Notes under the pieces: generated by a model
What the model saw: the letters and a program-made list of their open reading frames with translations, nothing else
Told to the model about the DNA's origin: nothing
Databases searched by the model: none
Shown here: piece after piece, positions 28,259-39,145 of the stretch
Position numbering within the stretch: position 1 is the first letter of the stretch
How the letters are laid out: the number at the start of each line of letters is the position of its first letter
Origin: an uncultured Candidatus Saccharibacteria bacterium
GTDB lineage: Bacteria; Patescibacteriota; UBA1384; JACPKC01
Assembly (NCBI GenBank): GCA_964423885.1
Contig: CAYRGD010000003.1
Span: 73,270 to 137,269 of the forward strand
Length of the DNA: 64,000 nucleotides
Direction: 5' to 3'
Program-made: the position numbers and the translations under genes

Positions 28259-30435
28259 GCGCTCGGCGTCGGGCGCTGCCGTAAGCCGTAGGTCTGGATC
28301 GCCTGGCGGAACGTCTGTTCGACGTTCCGGTACTGGGCGTACAACTCCTCGCTCGCGTCTTTCGTGAGCCAGGACGAACGGATCGCCTGGTCGAACGATT
28401 TGTCGCCGAGGATGACTTGATCGAAGAGCCCGACCAGCGTGCCGAGCGCCGTGTGCCGGCGTTCCTGTTCGAGGCGCTGCTGGCTCACGAGTTGTTCGAG
28501 TTGCCGCTTGAAGGCGTCGAACTGCGGTTTCAATTTGCCGGGATCGGTCACGTCGACCTGGCCGAGGTCGAGCGAGACGAGTTCGGCGGCCCGGCGCAGA
28601 TCCGGGAGTTTGAGGAGGAGGAGCTTCGACCGCCGCTCGATTTCTTCGTGCTGCCGGGGATTGCCGCGGGCGAGCGGCAAGAGGCCGAAGCCCTGTTGCT
28701 GCCCGGCGAGCCGCTCGAGCTCGTTCACGAGTTCCATGGCGTCGTCGACCAGGGCGAGCGCGGCGAGCGCGGCTTTCACGTCGGCCTGGCTTTCCTCGTA
28801 GTCCCGCGTGAGATCCAGCTGGGTGCGGGCGAGCTCGGCCAGCCGCTGCCGCGCCTGCGCGACCGCTTGGTCGGCCTGCTTCTGCTGTCCGGCGATATGC
28901 TTGCCGAGCGCGGCAGCGAGTTCGCCGATCAGATCCTTGGCCCGCGCCTGCTCGAGCGTGCCGGCCGGCACGACGCCGGCCACCGCCTCGCAGGACAGCG
29001 CCAGCCAGGCCGGCCACGGCTCCGGGCTGTGCAGGTTCCGTACCCGTTCCCGCGCCTCGCGTGCCGCTAAGAGCAGTTGGTAGACACCCAGGAACGGCTC
29101 CGTCCGGCTTGTGAGGTACCGCCCAGCCTGTTCCGGGGTGCCGCCCAACTGGGCGTGCTCGATGCGGAACGGTTCGAGCGCTTGCTTCGGGTCGCCGGCC
29201 AGGCCGACGAGCAGCGCGAATGACAACAGGTCGTTGTAGCCGCGGATCGCCGGCGTGAGCGCCGGCTTTTTCGTCTGCTGCAGCGCCAGCTGGGCCTTCA
29301 TGTGCGCGGCCAGACGGACCAGGTCGACGGCCGGCTGCTGCGTCATTTTCTGGAGCGCGCCGGTGAGCGACTTGGCCAGGCCGGTCGCGGTCGTGCCGGC
29401 AGTTTGGGTGCGCTCGCCGCTCGCGAGCACCTGGTCGAGCGCGATATCGAAGAACGTGCCCGCTGCCCGGCGCAGGAGCAATTCCGTCGGCGTCCGTTCG
29501 GTGATGCCATGCAGGGCGACGACGCAGTCGGCGACCGTGTTCCGTGCGGCGTCGACCGCGGTTTCCTCGGCGGTCAGCCGGTCGGTGATCCGGCGGTCAG
29601 CGAGTAAGGTGTCGATCTCGCTGCCGGTCCGGTCGAGCTGGTCGATCACGGTTGCCGCCTTGCCGCCCAGCGCTTCCAGATCCTGGTACTTCGTCCGGAT
29701 CCGGTCGGCCAACAACTCGAGTTCGCTCGACTGGAGCGTCTCAGGATCGACGGATAAGCCGACTTCCTTGGCCGGTTCTTGGATGATGCCCAACACATCC
29801 CGTTTCCAGGCGCCGTAGAGTTCGTCGGTCCGGGTGCGTGCGGCCTGCTCCCGTTCGATCGCGCGCTGGGTGCGGAGCTCGACCTCGCCGAACCGCTGTG
29901 TCCCGAGCTCACCGCCGCCGAACTCAGCGACCATGGCGTCCCGCTGCGTGGCCAGGTCGGCCAGGAACTGTTCGAGTTCGCCGGCCGTCTGTTCGGTGCG
30001 GGCCGTCTGCGTCTCCAGCGCGAAGCCTCGTTCCTTGAGCTCGGGTACCAGTGGCTCCATGCCCGTGATAAGCGAGCGCAGGCGGGCCAGGCGTTCGGGA
30101 AAGTGGCGGGCCTCGGTTTCAGTGAGCGCGAGCGCCGACAGCGCCTCGGCGTGGTCACGGTGGGCGCGGCGCAAACGGGTCAGCTCTACGAGCTTGGCCT
30201 GTAATTCGCGCTCGATCCGCTCCTGTTCCTCGCGTTCGGCTGCGGCTTTGGCCCGGAACTCCGCCACGAGCTCGCGCGGGTCGAACGGCGTGCCGTCGGC
30301 CGGTTCTGCCGGCATGGGCGCCTCGGCTGCTTCCGGCACGACTGCCGGCTCGGGGCCGGTAAGCGGCGGCGTATCGAAGACCGACAGGAACGGGGCGTCG
30401 CTCTCGTCGGCGGTCGGGACGGTTGTCTCGCTCAC
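28255..30435 (-). CDS. Hypothetical acidic coiled-coil protein (726 aa)
   Basis: Long ORF with a GTG start and a GGAGGT SD. Ala/Glu/Leu/Arg/Gln-rich heptad-like segments throughout. No recognisable catalytic motif. Confidence 0.6.
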   Translation of the reverse strand: MSETTVPTADESDAPFLSVFDTPPLTGPEPAVVPEAAEAPMPAEPADGTPFDPRELVAEFRAKAAAEREEQERIERELQAKLVELTRLRRAHRDHAEALSALALTETEARHFPERLARLRSLITGMEPLVPELKERGFALETQTARTEQTAGELEQFLADLATQRDAMVAEFGGGELGTQRFGEVELRTQRAIEREQAARTRTDELYGAWKRDVLGIIQEPAKEVGLSVDPETLQSSELELLADRIRTKYQDLEALGGKAATVIDQLDRTGSEIDTLLADRRITDRLTAEETAVDAARNTVADCVVALHGITERTPTELLLRRAAGTFFDIALDQVLASGERTQTAGTTATGLAKSLTGALQKMTQQPAVDLVRLAAHMKAQLALQQTKKPALTPAIRGYNDLLSFALLVGLAGDPKQALEPFRIEHAQLGGTPEQAGRYLTSRTEPFLGVYQLLLAAREARERVRNLHSPEPWPAWLALSCEAVAGVVPAGTLEQARAKDLIGELAAALGKHIAGQQKQADQAVAQARQRLAELARTQLDLTRDYEESQADVKAALAALALVDDAMELVNELERLAGQQQGFGLLPLARGNPRQHEEIERRSKLLLLKLPDLRRAAELVSLDLGQVDVTDPGKLKPQFDAFKRQLEQLVSQQRLEQERRHTALGTLVGLFDQVILGDKSFDQAIRSSWLTKDASEELYAQYRNVEQTFRQAIQTYGLRQRPTPSA

Positions 30436-30505
30436 GGGTACCTCCAGCCTTGTCAGCTTGCCTGTTTGTATAGATACTCAACGAGCTTCGTCAAGGCGGT
30501 GGCGC

Positions 30506-32243
30506 ATGGCCGATTCCCAAGTCCAAGAGGTCAAAGACCGGATCGATATCGTCGACCTGATTACGCAGTACCTCCCCCTGAAACGGTCCGGCACGAACTT
30601 CAAGGGCCTCTGCCCGTTCCACCGTGAACGCTCGCCGTCTTTCATGGTTCACCCCGAACGCCAGAGCTTCAAATGCTTCGGCTGCGGCGAGGCGGGCGAC
30701 GTGATCACGTTCCTGCAGAAAGCCGAGGGGCTCACCTTTCCCGAGGCGCTGCGGCTGCTTGCCGACCGGGCTAACATCGAACTCCGGCCGCAGACCATGG
30801 CCGAGCAGCGGGACAAGGACGAGAAAACCCAACTCTACCGCCTGAACGCTGCGACGGCAGCGTTCTTCCACCATATCCTGACGGCGACGGACGCCGGCGC
30901 CCCGGCACGTAGCTACCTTGCCGGACGCAAGGTCGCCCCGGCGACCATCGACACCTTCCAGATCGGGTTCGCCCCGGCTGCGGGCGGCCTGGGGCCGTGG
31001 CTCGCGAAGCAGGGATTCCGGCCGGCCGACCTTAATCTGGCCGGCCATCCGGAACGGTTCCGATCCCGCGTCATGTTCCCGATCCGTGATCCGCTCGGCC
31101 ATGTGCTCGGTTTCACCGGCCGGCTGATCGACGACGTGCCGGACGCGCCGAAGTACTTGAATACCCCGGAAACGCCGATTTTCAAGAAGAGCAAGGCCGT
31201 CTACGGCTTGTACGAAGGCAAGGACGCGATCCGGCAGTACCAAGTGGCGATCCTGCTCGAGGGTCAGATGGACGTGGTACTTTCGCATCAAGTGGGTGTC
31301 CGGTTGGCCGTCGCCTCGTCGGGCACCGCGTTGACCGCCGACCACCTGAAGGCGGTGCGCCGGTACGCGCCGAAGCTGCTCCTTGCGTTCGATGCGGATG
31401 CAGCCGGCCAGACAGCGGCCGAGAAAGCGGTGGCGCTCGCCGCAGCCGCCGAGCTGTCGGTCAAGGTGGTGACGATGCCCGACGGGTTGAAGGACGCGGG
31501 CGAGGCGATCGAACGCGACCCGAAGCTGTGGCAGCAGGCGATCGGGGCGGCCCGTCCGGCGATGCGCTGGCTCATCGACAGCATGTGCGCCCGGTTCGGC
31601 ACGGCCGACGGCACGGCTAAAAAACTGGTCGCCCGGGCCGTACTCCCGCATATCCGTGCGATCGTCGACCCGGTCGAGCAGGCCCATGCGGTCGGCGAGC
31701 TGGCCCGCTCGCTCGCCGTACCCGAGCAGGCGATCCTCGACGCGCTCGCCCGCTCGCCCGCGCCGGCCGCAGCTGCCGGACAGACCGCTGCCCCGCCGAT
31801 TCCTGCGCCGGCCGAACCGCGCCCGATCGTCGAACGCCTGCTCGGCCTACTCCTTGTCCGTCCTGGGCTTCTGTCCGCAAATGAGCCGAGCGCAGCGCAG
31901 TTGCCGGCCGGCAGCTTCGCCGCGCGGCTATCCAAGACGATGGCGGCATGCTATACTGGCCCTACGCAGACAGCTGCGGATTTTTTGACATCGATCCACC
32001 GTCAGTCCTCCCGGGAAGACCAACTTGCCGTCACGGCCCTGGTCGCCGACACCGAACACTGGATCGCCGAGGGAATCGATCCCACGGCGGTCGCGGGCGA
32101 GCTCGCCGACCGGCTCCGGTCGGGCGAACGCGAGGAGCTTAAGCGGTCGATGGCAGCCAGGATCGCCGCCGCCGAGGCGACCGGCGACCGGACGCAGGTG
32201 AAAACGTTGATGACCGAGCTGCAAGCCATGTTGAAACCACACG

Positions 32244-32257
<14 letters not shown>
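30506..32257 (+). CDS. dnaG: DNA primase
   Basis: Zinc-ribbon region [16 protein letters not shown]…[15 protein letters not shown], then a TOPRIM region (…EGQMDVV…). The internal Met was chosen as the start. Confidence 0.9.
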
Positions 32258-33368
<1,111 letters not shown>

Positions 33369-33375
33369 GCCGACC

Positions 33376-34257
33376 ATGCCGCGCGTCCGTCCCTCTGCCG
33401 CTGGCCTCATGGTGGCAGCACTCCTCGGGCTTACGGCGCTCGGACTGTTCCTGCGCCTCGCGTTCGCGGGCTCGCTCCACGTCGATCCGGTGGCGTTCCG
33501 GCTCGGCCCGGTTGCCGTACACTGGTACGGCCTCTTCGGCATGCTTGCCCTGGCGCTCGGCCTGCCCTGGACGATCGCGCGCGCCAAGCGTGCCGGGCTG
33601 CCTGCCGGCACGGCAGAATCCGCACTGATCGCCGCGACGCTCATGGGTCTCGTCGGCGCCCGGCTTGTCTATGTCCTCGAGAACCTGCCGTATTACAGCG
33701 GCCACGCCGCTGAAATCCTGCACGTTGCCACCGGAGGCCTATCGGTCCACGGCATGCTTCTTGGCGGGTTCCTAGGAGCGGCTGCGGCCTGCACTGTGCT
33801 GGGCATCGACCCGTGGCGGCTCGTTGACGCGGCGGTGCCGGCGCTGCTCTTCGGTATGGTCCTGGGCCGGTTCGGCAACTTCACGAACGCGGAGATACTC
33901 GGCTACCCGACCGCGGTGCCTTGGAAGATGTTCGTCGAGCCGGCTGCCCGCCCGGTATTGTACGCCGGTGCCGCGTACTTTCATCCGGTCTTCCTCTACG
34001 ACGCAGCGCTCAATGCGGCCGTGCTTGCCGGACTGCTTGTACTGGAACGCCGGGCCGTCTTCCGCGGTGAACGGTTCTTTTGGTTCCTGGCCGCGGTCAG
34101 TGTGACACGTTTCGTCGTGGAGCACTGGCGGATCAACGAGCCGTCGACCGTCGGCATAGTATCGCCCGCGCAGTGGACATCACTTGCGCTCGCAGCGGTC
34201 GCGGCTGTGGTGATCGCGCTAGGGCGTACCCGTCTCTTAGGGTTCGAGCGGGTCTGA
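33376..34257 (+). CDS. lgt: Prolipoprotein diacylglyceryl transferase
   Basis: VHWYGLFGML…GRFGNFTNAEILG signature of Lgt. Confidence 0.85.
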   Translation: MPRVRPSAAGLMVAALLGLTALGLFLRLAFAGSLHVDPVAFRLGPVAVHWYGLFGMLALALGLPWTIARAKRAGLPAGTAESALIAATLMGLVGARLVYVLENLPYYSGHAAEILHVATGGLSVHGMLLGGFLGAAAACTVLGIDPWRLVDAAVPALLFGMVLGRFGNFTNAEILGYPTAVPWKMFVEPAARPVLYAGAAYFHPVFLYDAALNAAVLAGLLVLERRAVFRGERFFWFLAAVSVTRFVVEHWRINEPSTVGIVSPAQWTSLALAAVAAVVIALGRTRLLGFERV

Positions 34258-35142
34258 CACGCCTGGCAGCACATCGGTCTCGTCAGCGGCGGACCGGGCG
34301 AGCGCGGCCAGCAGCTCGTCGGGCGATTCGCTTCCCCGGACACGGATGCGTGGCAAGAGCAAGCGGACCGAGTCCGGTGTCGCTACTCCGGACACGGTGG
34401 TGACCCCGAACGTGTACCCAACGTAGTCGGCCGTGCGGGCGACCTCGTCGGTCACCTTGCCCGACGGATAACTCACGGCCGTGACAGGTCTGCCGGTCAG
34501 CTGTTCGAGCACCTGGCGGCTGACGAGCAGCTCGTCGCGTACCCGCTGCGGCGGTGCGGTGGCCAGGTTGAGGTGGCTCACCGTGTGGGAGCCGATCTCG
34601 ATGCCTGCGTCAGCGAGCGCCTTCACCTGCGTCCGGGTCAGGTACCGGCCGTCGGGATCATCGAGCTTGCCAGTGATGACGAAGGCGACCGCTGTCATCC
34701 CGCGCGCCGCGAGCGCCGGGTAGACAGCGCTGAACAAGTCGGTGTAGCCGTCGTCGAACGAGAGGATGACGCTCTTTGCCGGGATGCGGCCGGTCAGGAA
34801 CTGGGCCGGCGTGACCGCGGTATACCCGGCCGTCGCCAGCGCGTCCAGCTGCCGGGCGAACAGGTCGGGCGTTACCGACAGATCGTAGCCGAGCGGGTCA
34901 TCGGCTTGGGATACGGTTCGGACGTAGTGGTACATAAGGATCGGTACTGCCGTCGGCGCGACGCCTTGCGCCGGTACGCGGACGGTCGTCGGCACCGCCG
35001 CCGGCTGCGCCAGGCCGGGACGTTCGGCCAAAAACGGACGGTCGAGCGGCCCGCCCCAGTTGGCGACTACGTACGCGCCGAGCGCCAGGCAAGCCAGGGC
35101 GCCGAGGGCTGACAGGAAACCCGCGAGCAGCGGTTTACCCAT
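34237..35142 (-). CDS. Polysaccharide deacetylase family protein (CE4)
   Basis: Internal Met start (MGKPLLAGF…, a signal anchor). Contains ILSFDDGYTDL (the Asp-Asp metal motif) and TGRPVTAVSYPSG. The low-complexity N-terminal extension in the ORF track was rejected. Confidence 0.8.
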   Translation of the reverse strand: MGKPLLAGFLSALGALACLALGAYVVANWGGPLDRPFLAERPGLAQPAAVPTTVRVPAQGVAPTAVPILMYHYVRTVSQADDPLGYDLSVTPDLFARQLDALATAGYTAVTPAQFLTGRIPAKSVILSFDDGYTDLFSAVYPALAARGMTAVAFVITGKLDDPDGRYLTRTQVKALADAGIEIGSHTVSHLNLATAPPQRVRDELLVSRQVLEQLTGRPVTAVSYPSGKVTDEVARTADYVGYTFGVTTVSGVATPDSVRLLLPRIRVRGSESPDELLAALARSAADETDVLPGVSDPLEP

Positions 35143-35677
35143 GGCGCGGGATCCAGACGGGTTCGCGGACGCCCTGCTCGGCATTGACGGCCCGCGCGGC
35201 TGCGAAGAGCGCGTCCGACAGGCGGTTGAGGTAGCGGAGCGTCGTCGGTGCGACGGGGCTGGTGGCAGCGAGCGCGACCACGGTCCGCTCCGCCCGCCGG
35301 GCCGTGGCTCGGGCGACGTGGAGCGCTGCTGCCAGCGGATGGCCGCCCGGCAGGACGAACCGGGTGAGCGGCGGCGCGGTAGCCCACCAGGTGTCAATGA
35401 GCTGTTCGAGCTCACCGATCCGCTCCTCGCCGACCGCCGGGAGGCCGCCGTCGGGGTCAGCGAGCGATGCCCCGATCACGAACAGGTCGGCCTGCAGGTG
35501 ACGGATGACGGACGCGTACGGCTTTTGGGCGAGCGTGTGGCACCAACCAAGCAAGGCGTTCACTTCGTCGACCGTACCGATCGCGTCGAATACGGGATCG
35601 GCTTTCGACCGCCGCCCGTCGTCGAGCAGGCCGGACGTGCCAGTATCGCCGGTTTTCGTGTAAATCGGGCTAGGCAT
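35135..35677 (-). CDS. Cob(I)yrinic acid a,c-diamide adenosyltransferase, PduO type
   Basis: IYTKTGDTGTSGLL N-terminal motif of the PduO/MMAB family. Start trimmed to the internal Met. Confidence 0.8.
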   Translation of the reverse strand: MPSPIYTKTGDTGTSGLLDDGRRSKADPVFDAIGTVDEVNALLGWCHTLAQKPYASVIRHLQADLFVIGASLADPDGGLPAVGEERIGELEQLIDTWWATAPPLTRFVLPGGHPLAAALHVARATARRAERTVVALAATSPVAPTTLRYLNRLSDALFAAARAVNAEQGVREPVWIPRHG

Positions 35678-37055
35678 CGCATTGGCTGGCGGCATCGGCC
35701 GCGGCGACCGCGACCGCCTCGGCGTACGACGGGAACGCGTGGACGAGTTCCGGGATAGCATGGACAGGGGCGCCGAGTTTCATCGCGAGTGCGACTTCGT
35801 GGATGAGTTCCCCCGCGTGCGGCGAGGCGATAGCGCATCCCAGGATCTTGCCGGTCTGTTGGTCGGCGACGAGTTTCACGAACCCGGCCGGTGCTTGGTC
35901 GATGAGCGCCCGGCCGAGCGTCGCGATGTCGGCCCGTCCGACGGCGATCGCCCGACCGGCGGCGCGCAGTTCCGCCTCGGTGCTCCCGACTGCCGCGATC
36001 TCAGGGTCGGTCGCGAGCGCCCGCGGCAGGACGCGCAGGTCGACCGACCGTTTCTGCGGGTGCGTCAGGTTGTGCGCGACGATCATGCCTTCGTAGTGGG
36101 CGGTGCTCGTGAACCTGGGCAGCGTCGTCACGTCGCCGACCGCCCAGATGTGCGGCACCGACGTACGCAGGTGCTGGTCGGTCGTAATACCGCCCTTTTC
36201 GATTGCGACGCCGATCCGTTCCAGCTCTAATCCTTCGACGTTCGGGGCCATGCCGGCCGCGACGAGCAGCTTCGTGGCCGTATACGCGCGCTTGCCATCG
36301 CCGCCTTCGCCCGTGACGGTCACCGCGTCGGTGGTACCGCGCGCGGCCGTCGCCTTGAAGCCGGTACGCACCGTGACGCCGAAGCCCTCAAGCTGGCTGC
36401 GGATGAGCGCCGCTACGTCCTCGTCTTCGTGCCCCAGGAGCTGCGGCCCGTATTCCAAGACGGTGACGTCGCAGCCGAACGTCGCCATGAGCTGGGCGAA
36501 CTCGACCCCGACCGGTCCGCCACCAAGCACCAGGAGAGAATCAGGTACGTGGTCGAGCTCAAGCATCTCGCGATGGGTCAGGAACGGCGTCGTAGCCAGG
36601 CCGTCGACCGGCGGTGCCTGGCACCGGCTGCCGGTGGCGATCACGAACTGCCGGCCGGCAAGCCGTACCGTCCCTACTTCAAGCGTATGGATATCGACGA
36701 ACGAGGCTGCGCCGTGTACTAACGTGACGCCCTCGCCCCGCAGGGTGTCGGCGGTCATGTGGCGGGCGGCGGTCTGGGCGACGACGTGGTCTTTGTACGC
36801 CTTGACCTTGCGGTAGTCGACCGGGGCGTCGTAGGCGCCCAGACCGAACTGGTCGGCGTGGGCTGCCAAGGAATGGATTCGGGCAACCCGCAGGAGCGCC
36901 TGGGTGGGTACGCAGGCCGTGTTCGGGCACTCGCCGCCAAGGTGGCGGTCGCGTTCCACCAGCGCGACCCGCGCCCCTTCGGCCGCCGCGCCGCGCGCCG
37001 CAGCCAAACCGGCCGCTCCGCCACCGATCACGATCACGTCGAAGGACTGTTCCAT
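35670..37055 (-). CDS. FAD-dependent pyridine nucleotide-disulfide oxidoreductase (class I; dihydrolipoamide dehydrogenase/mercuric reductase-like)
   Basis: DVIVIGGGAAGLAAA FAD motif, the GGECPNTACVPTQ redox-active disulfide, and a C-terminal dimerisation domain ending in the HAFPSYAE motif. Confidence 0.8.
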   Translation of the reverse strand: MEQSFDVIVIGGGAAGLAAARGAAAEGARVALVERDRHLGGECPNTACVPTQALLRVARIHSLAAHADQFGLGAYDAPVDYRKVKAYKDHVVAQTAARHMTADTLRGEGVTLVHGAASFVDIHTLEVGTVRLAGRQFVIATGSRCQAPPVDGLATTPFLTHREMLELDHVPDSLLVLGGGPVGVEFAQLMATFGCDVTVLEYGPQLLGHEDEDVAALIRSQLEGFGVTVRTGFKATAARGTTDAVTVTGEGGDGKRAYTATKLLVAAGMAPNVEGLELERIGVAIEKGGITTDQHLRTSVPHIWAVGDVTTLPRFTSTAHYEGMIVAHNLTHPQKRSVDLRVLPRALATDPEIAAVGSTEAELRAAGRAIAVGRADIATLGRALIDQAPAGFVKLVADQQTGKILGCAIASPHAGELIHEVALAMKLGAPVHAIPELVHAFPSYAEAVAVAAADAASQCDA

Positions 37056-37075
37056 GCGGGTATTGTACCCACGAA

Positions 37076-37819
37076 TCAGGCGGCGGTCAGTTGGATAAGT
37101 GGCGCGGCGGAAAAGTCCGGGGCCGTGAGGCCGTACCGCTGCCACCAGCGCGGCGGGATGCCGGTGTCGGCCAGCCAGAGCGACCCGACGAGCGCGGCCG
37201 CGTACGGCTTCAATGTCCCGGTTTTCGGGTAACCGAGCGTGATGGTTTTGTCGGCGCGGAAGGCCGGCGTGGTCGCCCGGCCTGTGGTGGCGTCCATGCC
37301 CGACGGCAGATCGACCGCGAGCTTCGGTACGGCGTACTTGCCGCAGGCGAAGATAAGCTCGCGGACCGGTTCGGCGAGCACGGATCCTTCGAGGCCGTAG
37401 CCGATCATCCCGTCGAGGATGAGGTCGGTATCGGGCAGGAGCGCGCCCGGATCGAAGACGCGGATCCCGTACTGCTCGGCCAGGTCGAGCTGCTGGCTTG
37501 TGAACGGCTTGACCGCCGACCGCTCCTGGCAGAGCAGGATCACCGGCACGGCGCCCCAGCTCGCGAGCTTGCGCGCTGCCGCTACGGCGTCGGCCCCGTT
37601 GTGCCCGCCGCCAGCCAGCACGAGCACGCGCTTGCCGGCCAGGCCGCCCAGCATCGTCCGGATCCGTTCGGCAATGAGCAGGCCGGCGACTTCGGCCGAG
37701 GCGGCCAGGAACAGGCCGGCCTGCAGGTCGAGCGCCTCGTCGACCGCGCGCATCTGGTCGGCGGTCACGCTCCCCAGGCCGTGGCCGGTCACGGGGTCGG
37801 GATCAGCGTGCGTCGACAA
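37076..37819 (-). CDS. NAD(P)H-hydrate epimerase (YjeF N-terminal domain)
   Basis: …KRVLVLAGGGHNGADAVAAAR… YjeF_N signature. Confidence 0.7.
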   Translation of the reverse strand: MSTHADPDPVTGHGLGSVTADQMRAVDEALDLQAGLFLAASAEVAGLLIAERIRTMLGGLAGKRVLVLAGGGHNGADAVAAARKLASWGAVPVILLCQERSAVKPFTSQQLDLAEQYGIRVFDPGALLPDTDLILDGMIGYGLEGSVLAEPVRELIFACGKYAVPKLAVDLPSGMDATTGRATTPAFRADKTITLGYPKTGTLKPYAAALVGSLWLADTGIPPRWWQRYGLTAPDFSAAPLIQLTAA

Positions 37820-38144
37820 GGGCGTTCGTGACGAGTCCGATGAGCCAGAGCACGACCGCGCCCATGAGGGCGGCGGTGAACGTGGTGATGTCGAAGCCCT
37901 TGATCACCGTTTGGACGAACCACAGCATGAGCGCGTTGATCACGAACGTGAACAGTCCAAGCGTCAGGATATTCACTGGCAGCGTAAGCAACAGCAGGAT
38001 CGGCCGGACGATCGCGTTCACGAGACCGAGCAGTAGTGCGGCCCCGAGCGCGGCGTAGAGGTTGTCGACCATGAATCCGGGCACGACGTACGCGACCAAG
38101 AGCAATGCCAGCGCGTTGATCAGCCACCGCAAGAGAATGAACAT
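37803..38144 (-). CDS. Phage-holin-4-like/YvlD family small membrane protein
   Basis: 113 aa and almost entirely TM helices (MFILLRWLINALALLLVAYVVPGF…). GGAGG SD upstream of the internal Met. Confidence 0.55.
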   Translation of the reverse strand: MFILLRWLINALALLLVAYVVPGFMVDNLYAALGAALLLGLVNAIVRPILLLLTLPVNILTLGLFTFVINALMLWFVQTVIKGFDITTFTAALMGAVVLWLIGLVTNALVDAR

Positions 38145-38184
38145 AGAGAGCCTCCAATCTTGCTTACATCCTAGCACAAGGCAA

Positions 38185-38210
38185 GAAAAAACCCCGAGAG
38201 GATCGGGGTT
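38185..38210 (-). terminator. Rho-independent terminator (stem AACCCCGA/TCGGGGTT, with a T-run on the minus strand)
   Basis: Read directly from the sequence. Lies downstream of the minus-strand gene 38218-38913. Confidence 0.55.
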
Positions 38211-38217
38211 GATACTA

Positions 38218-38913
38218 TTACGCAATCGATCTGGCAGCCGGAGCCGCCACGGATACGTCCGGGTATGGCCGGGCGATTGCCCAACCAATGAGTTCTCCGC
38301 CGTAGCACTCGCACAAGTCGACGAGCTGCTCGCAGCGCTCTTCCAGATCGGGGTCGATCGGCAATTCGGGCTGCAGCCGCCGCAAATGGCCAAGGATACC
38401 GCCGAAGCCGATCACGGCCGGCAGGATCGCTTTCTGGAAGACCTCATACCGCAGACTCTTGGTCGCTGCCGCGGTATTCGGTATCGGGCACTCGATCCGG
38501 TCGAGCGTCTCCGCGATTTCGGCGTACAGCTCGCAGCCGAGCTTCACGACATGGATCGCTGCGGCGATGAATCTGCGCCGTTGCTTCGTGAGCGCGTAGG
38601 TGGACGGTGGTCCGCCTGCCAGGAACAGGCTTCGAAAAAAGATCTCGAGCCTCAATTCGGGGGCCTGTTGCTGGCAGACCCGCGCGAAGCACGCCGGCCC
38701 GAAGCCGTACGGCGGCGAGACTTTGTCGTTCGGCCGGCCTGGGTCCCGCTTCGGGGTGATGAGCCGGTAGCATGTATCGATAAACCGCTGCCGGCTCATC
38801 GACGCAAGGCGTGTGACCTGGTCGCCGATTGCGACCCGTGAGGAATCGTATCGCATTCGGGGATGTCTCCTTTTATAGAATTGTAAAGGTAAAAACCGCC
38901 TGCACCCTACCAT
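38218..38913 (-). CDS. Hypothetical protein
   Basis: 231-aa ORF in the coding-like frame. No recognisable motif. Confidence 0.45.
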   Translation of the reverse strand: MVGCRRFLPLQFYKRRHPRMRYDSSRVAIGDQVTRLASMSRQRFIDTCYRLITPKRDPGRPNDKVSPPYGFGPACFARVCQQQAPELRLEIFFRSLFLAGGPPSTYALTKQRRRFIAAAIHVVKLGCELYAEIAETLDRIECPIPNTAAATKSLRYEVFQKAILPAVIGFGGILGHLRRLQPELPIDPDLEERCEQLVDLCECYGGELIGWAIARPYPDVSVAAPAARSIA

Positions 38914-38974
38914 ATCTCCAGGGTATTCTCAATGCTGAACCGGTTTGGTACAGTACCCGCGTTCAATCCGATAT

Positions 38975-39049
38975 TCCCGGATAGCTCAACGGCAGAGCAA
39001 CTCGCTGTTAACGAGTAGGTTGCTGGTTCGAATCCAGCTCCGGGAGCCA
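38975..39049 (+). tRNA. tRNA-Asn (anticodon GTT)
   Basis: Acceptor TCCCGGA/TCCGGGA. D-arm GCTCAACGGCAGAGC. Anticodon loop CTGTTAA. T-loop GGTTCGAATCC. CCA encoded. Confidence 0.85.
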
Positions 39050-39053
39050 ACAC

Positions 39054-39078
39054 AAAAACCCCCAACATTGGGGTTTTT
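39054..39078. terminator. Bidirectional rho-independent terminator (AAAAACCCC–loop–GGGGTTTTT)
   Basis: Read directly from the sequence. Lies immediately 3' of tRNA-Asn. Confidence 0.7.
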
Positions 39079-39145
39079 GTTGAATTTTGACTATTGTGAG
39101 GGAGGGGTATGATCTATATGAGCAGGTTCTAAATTACGGAGGGCT

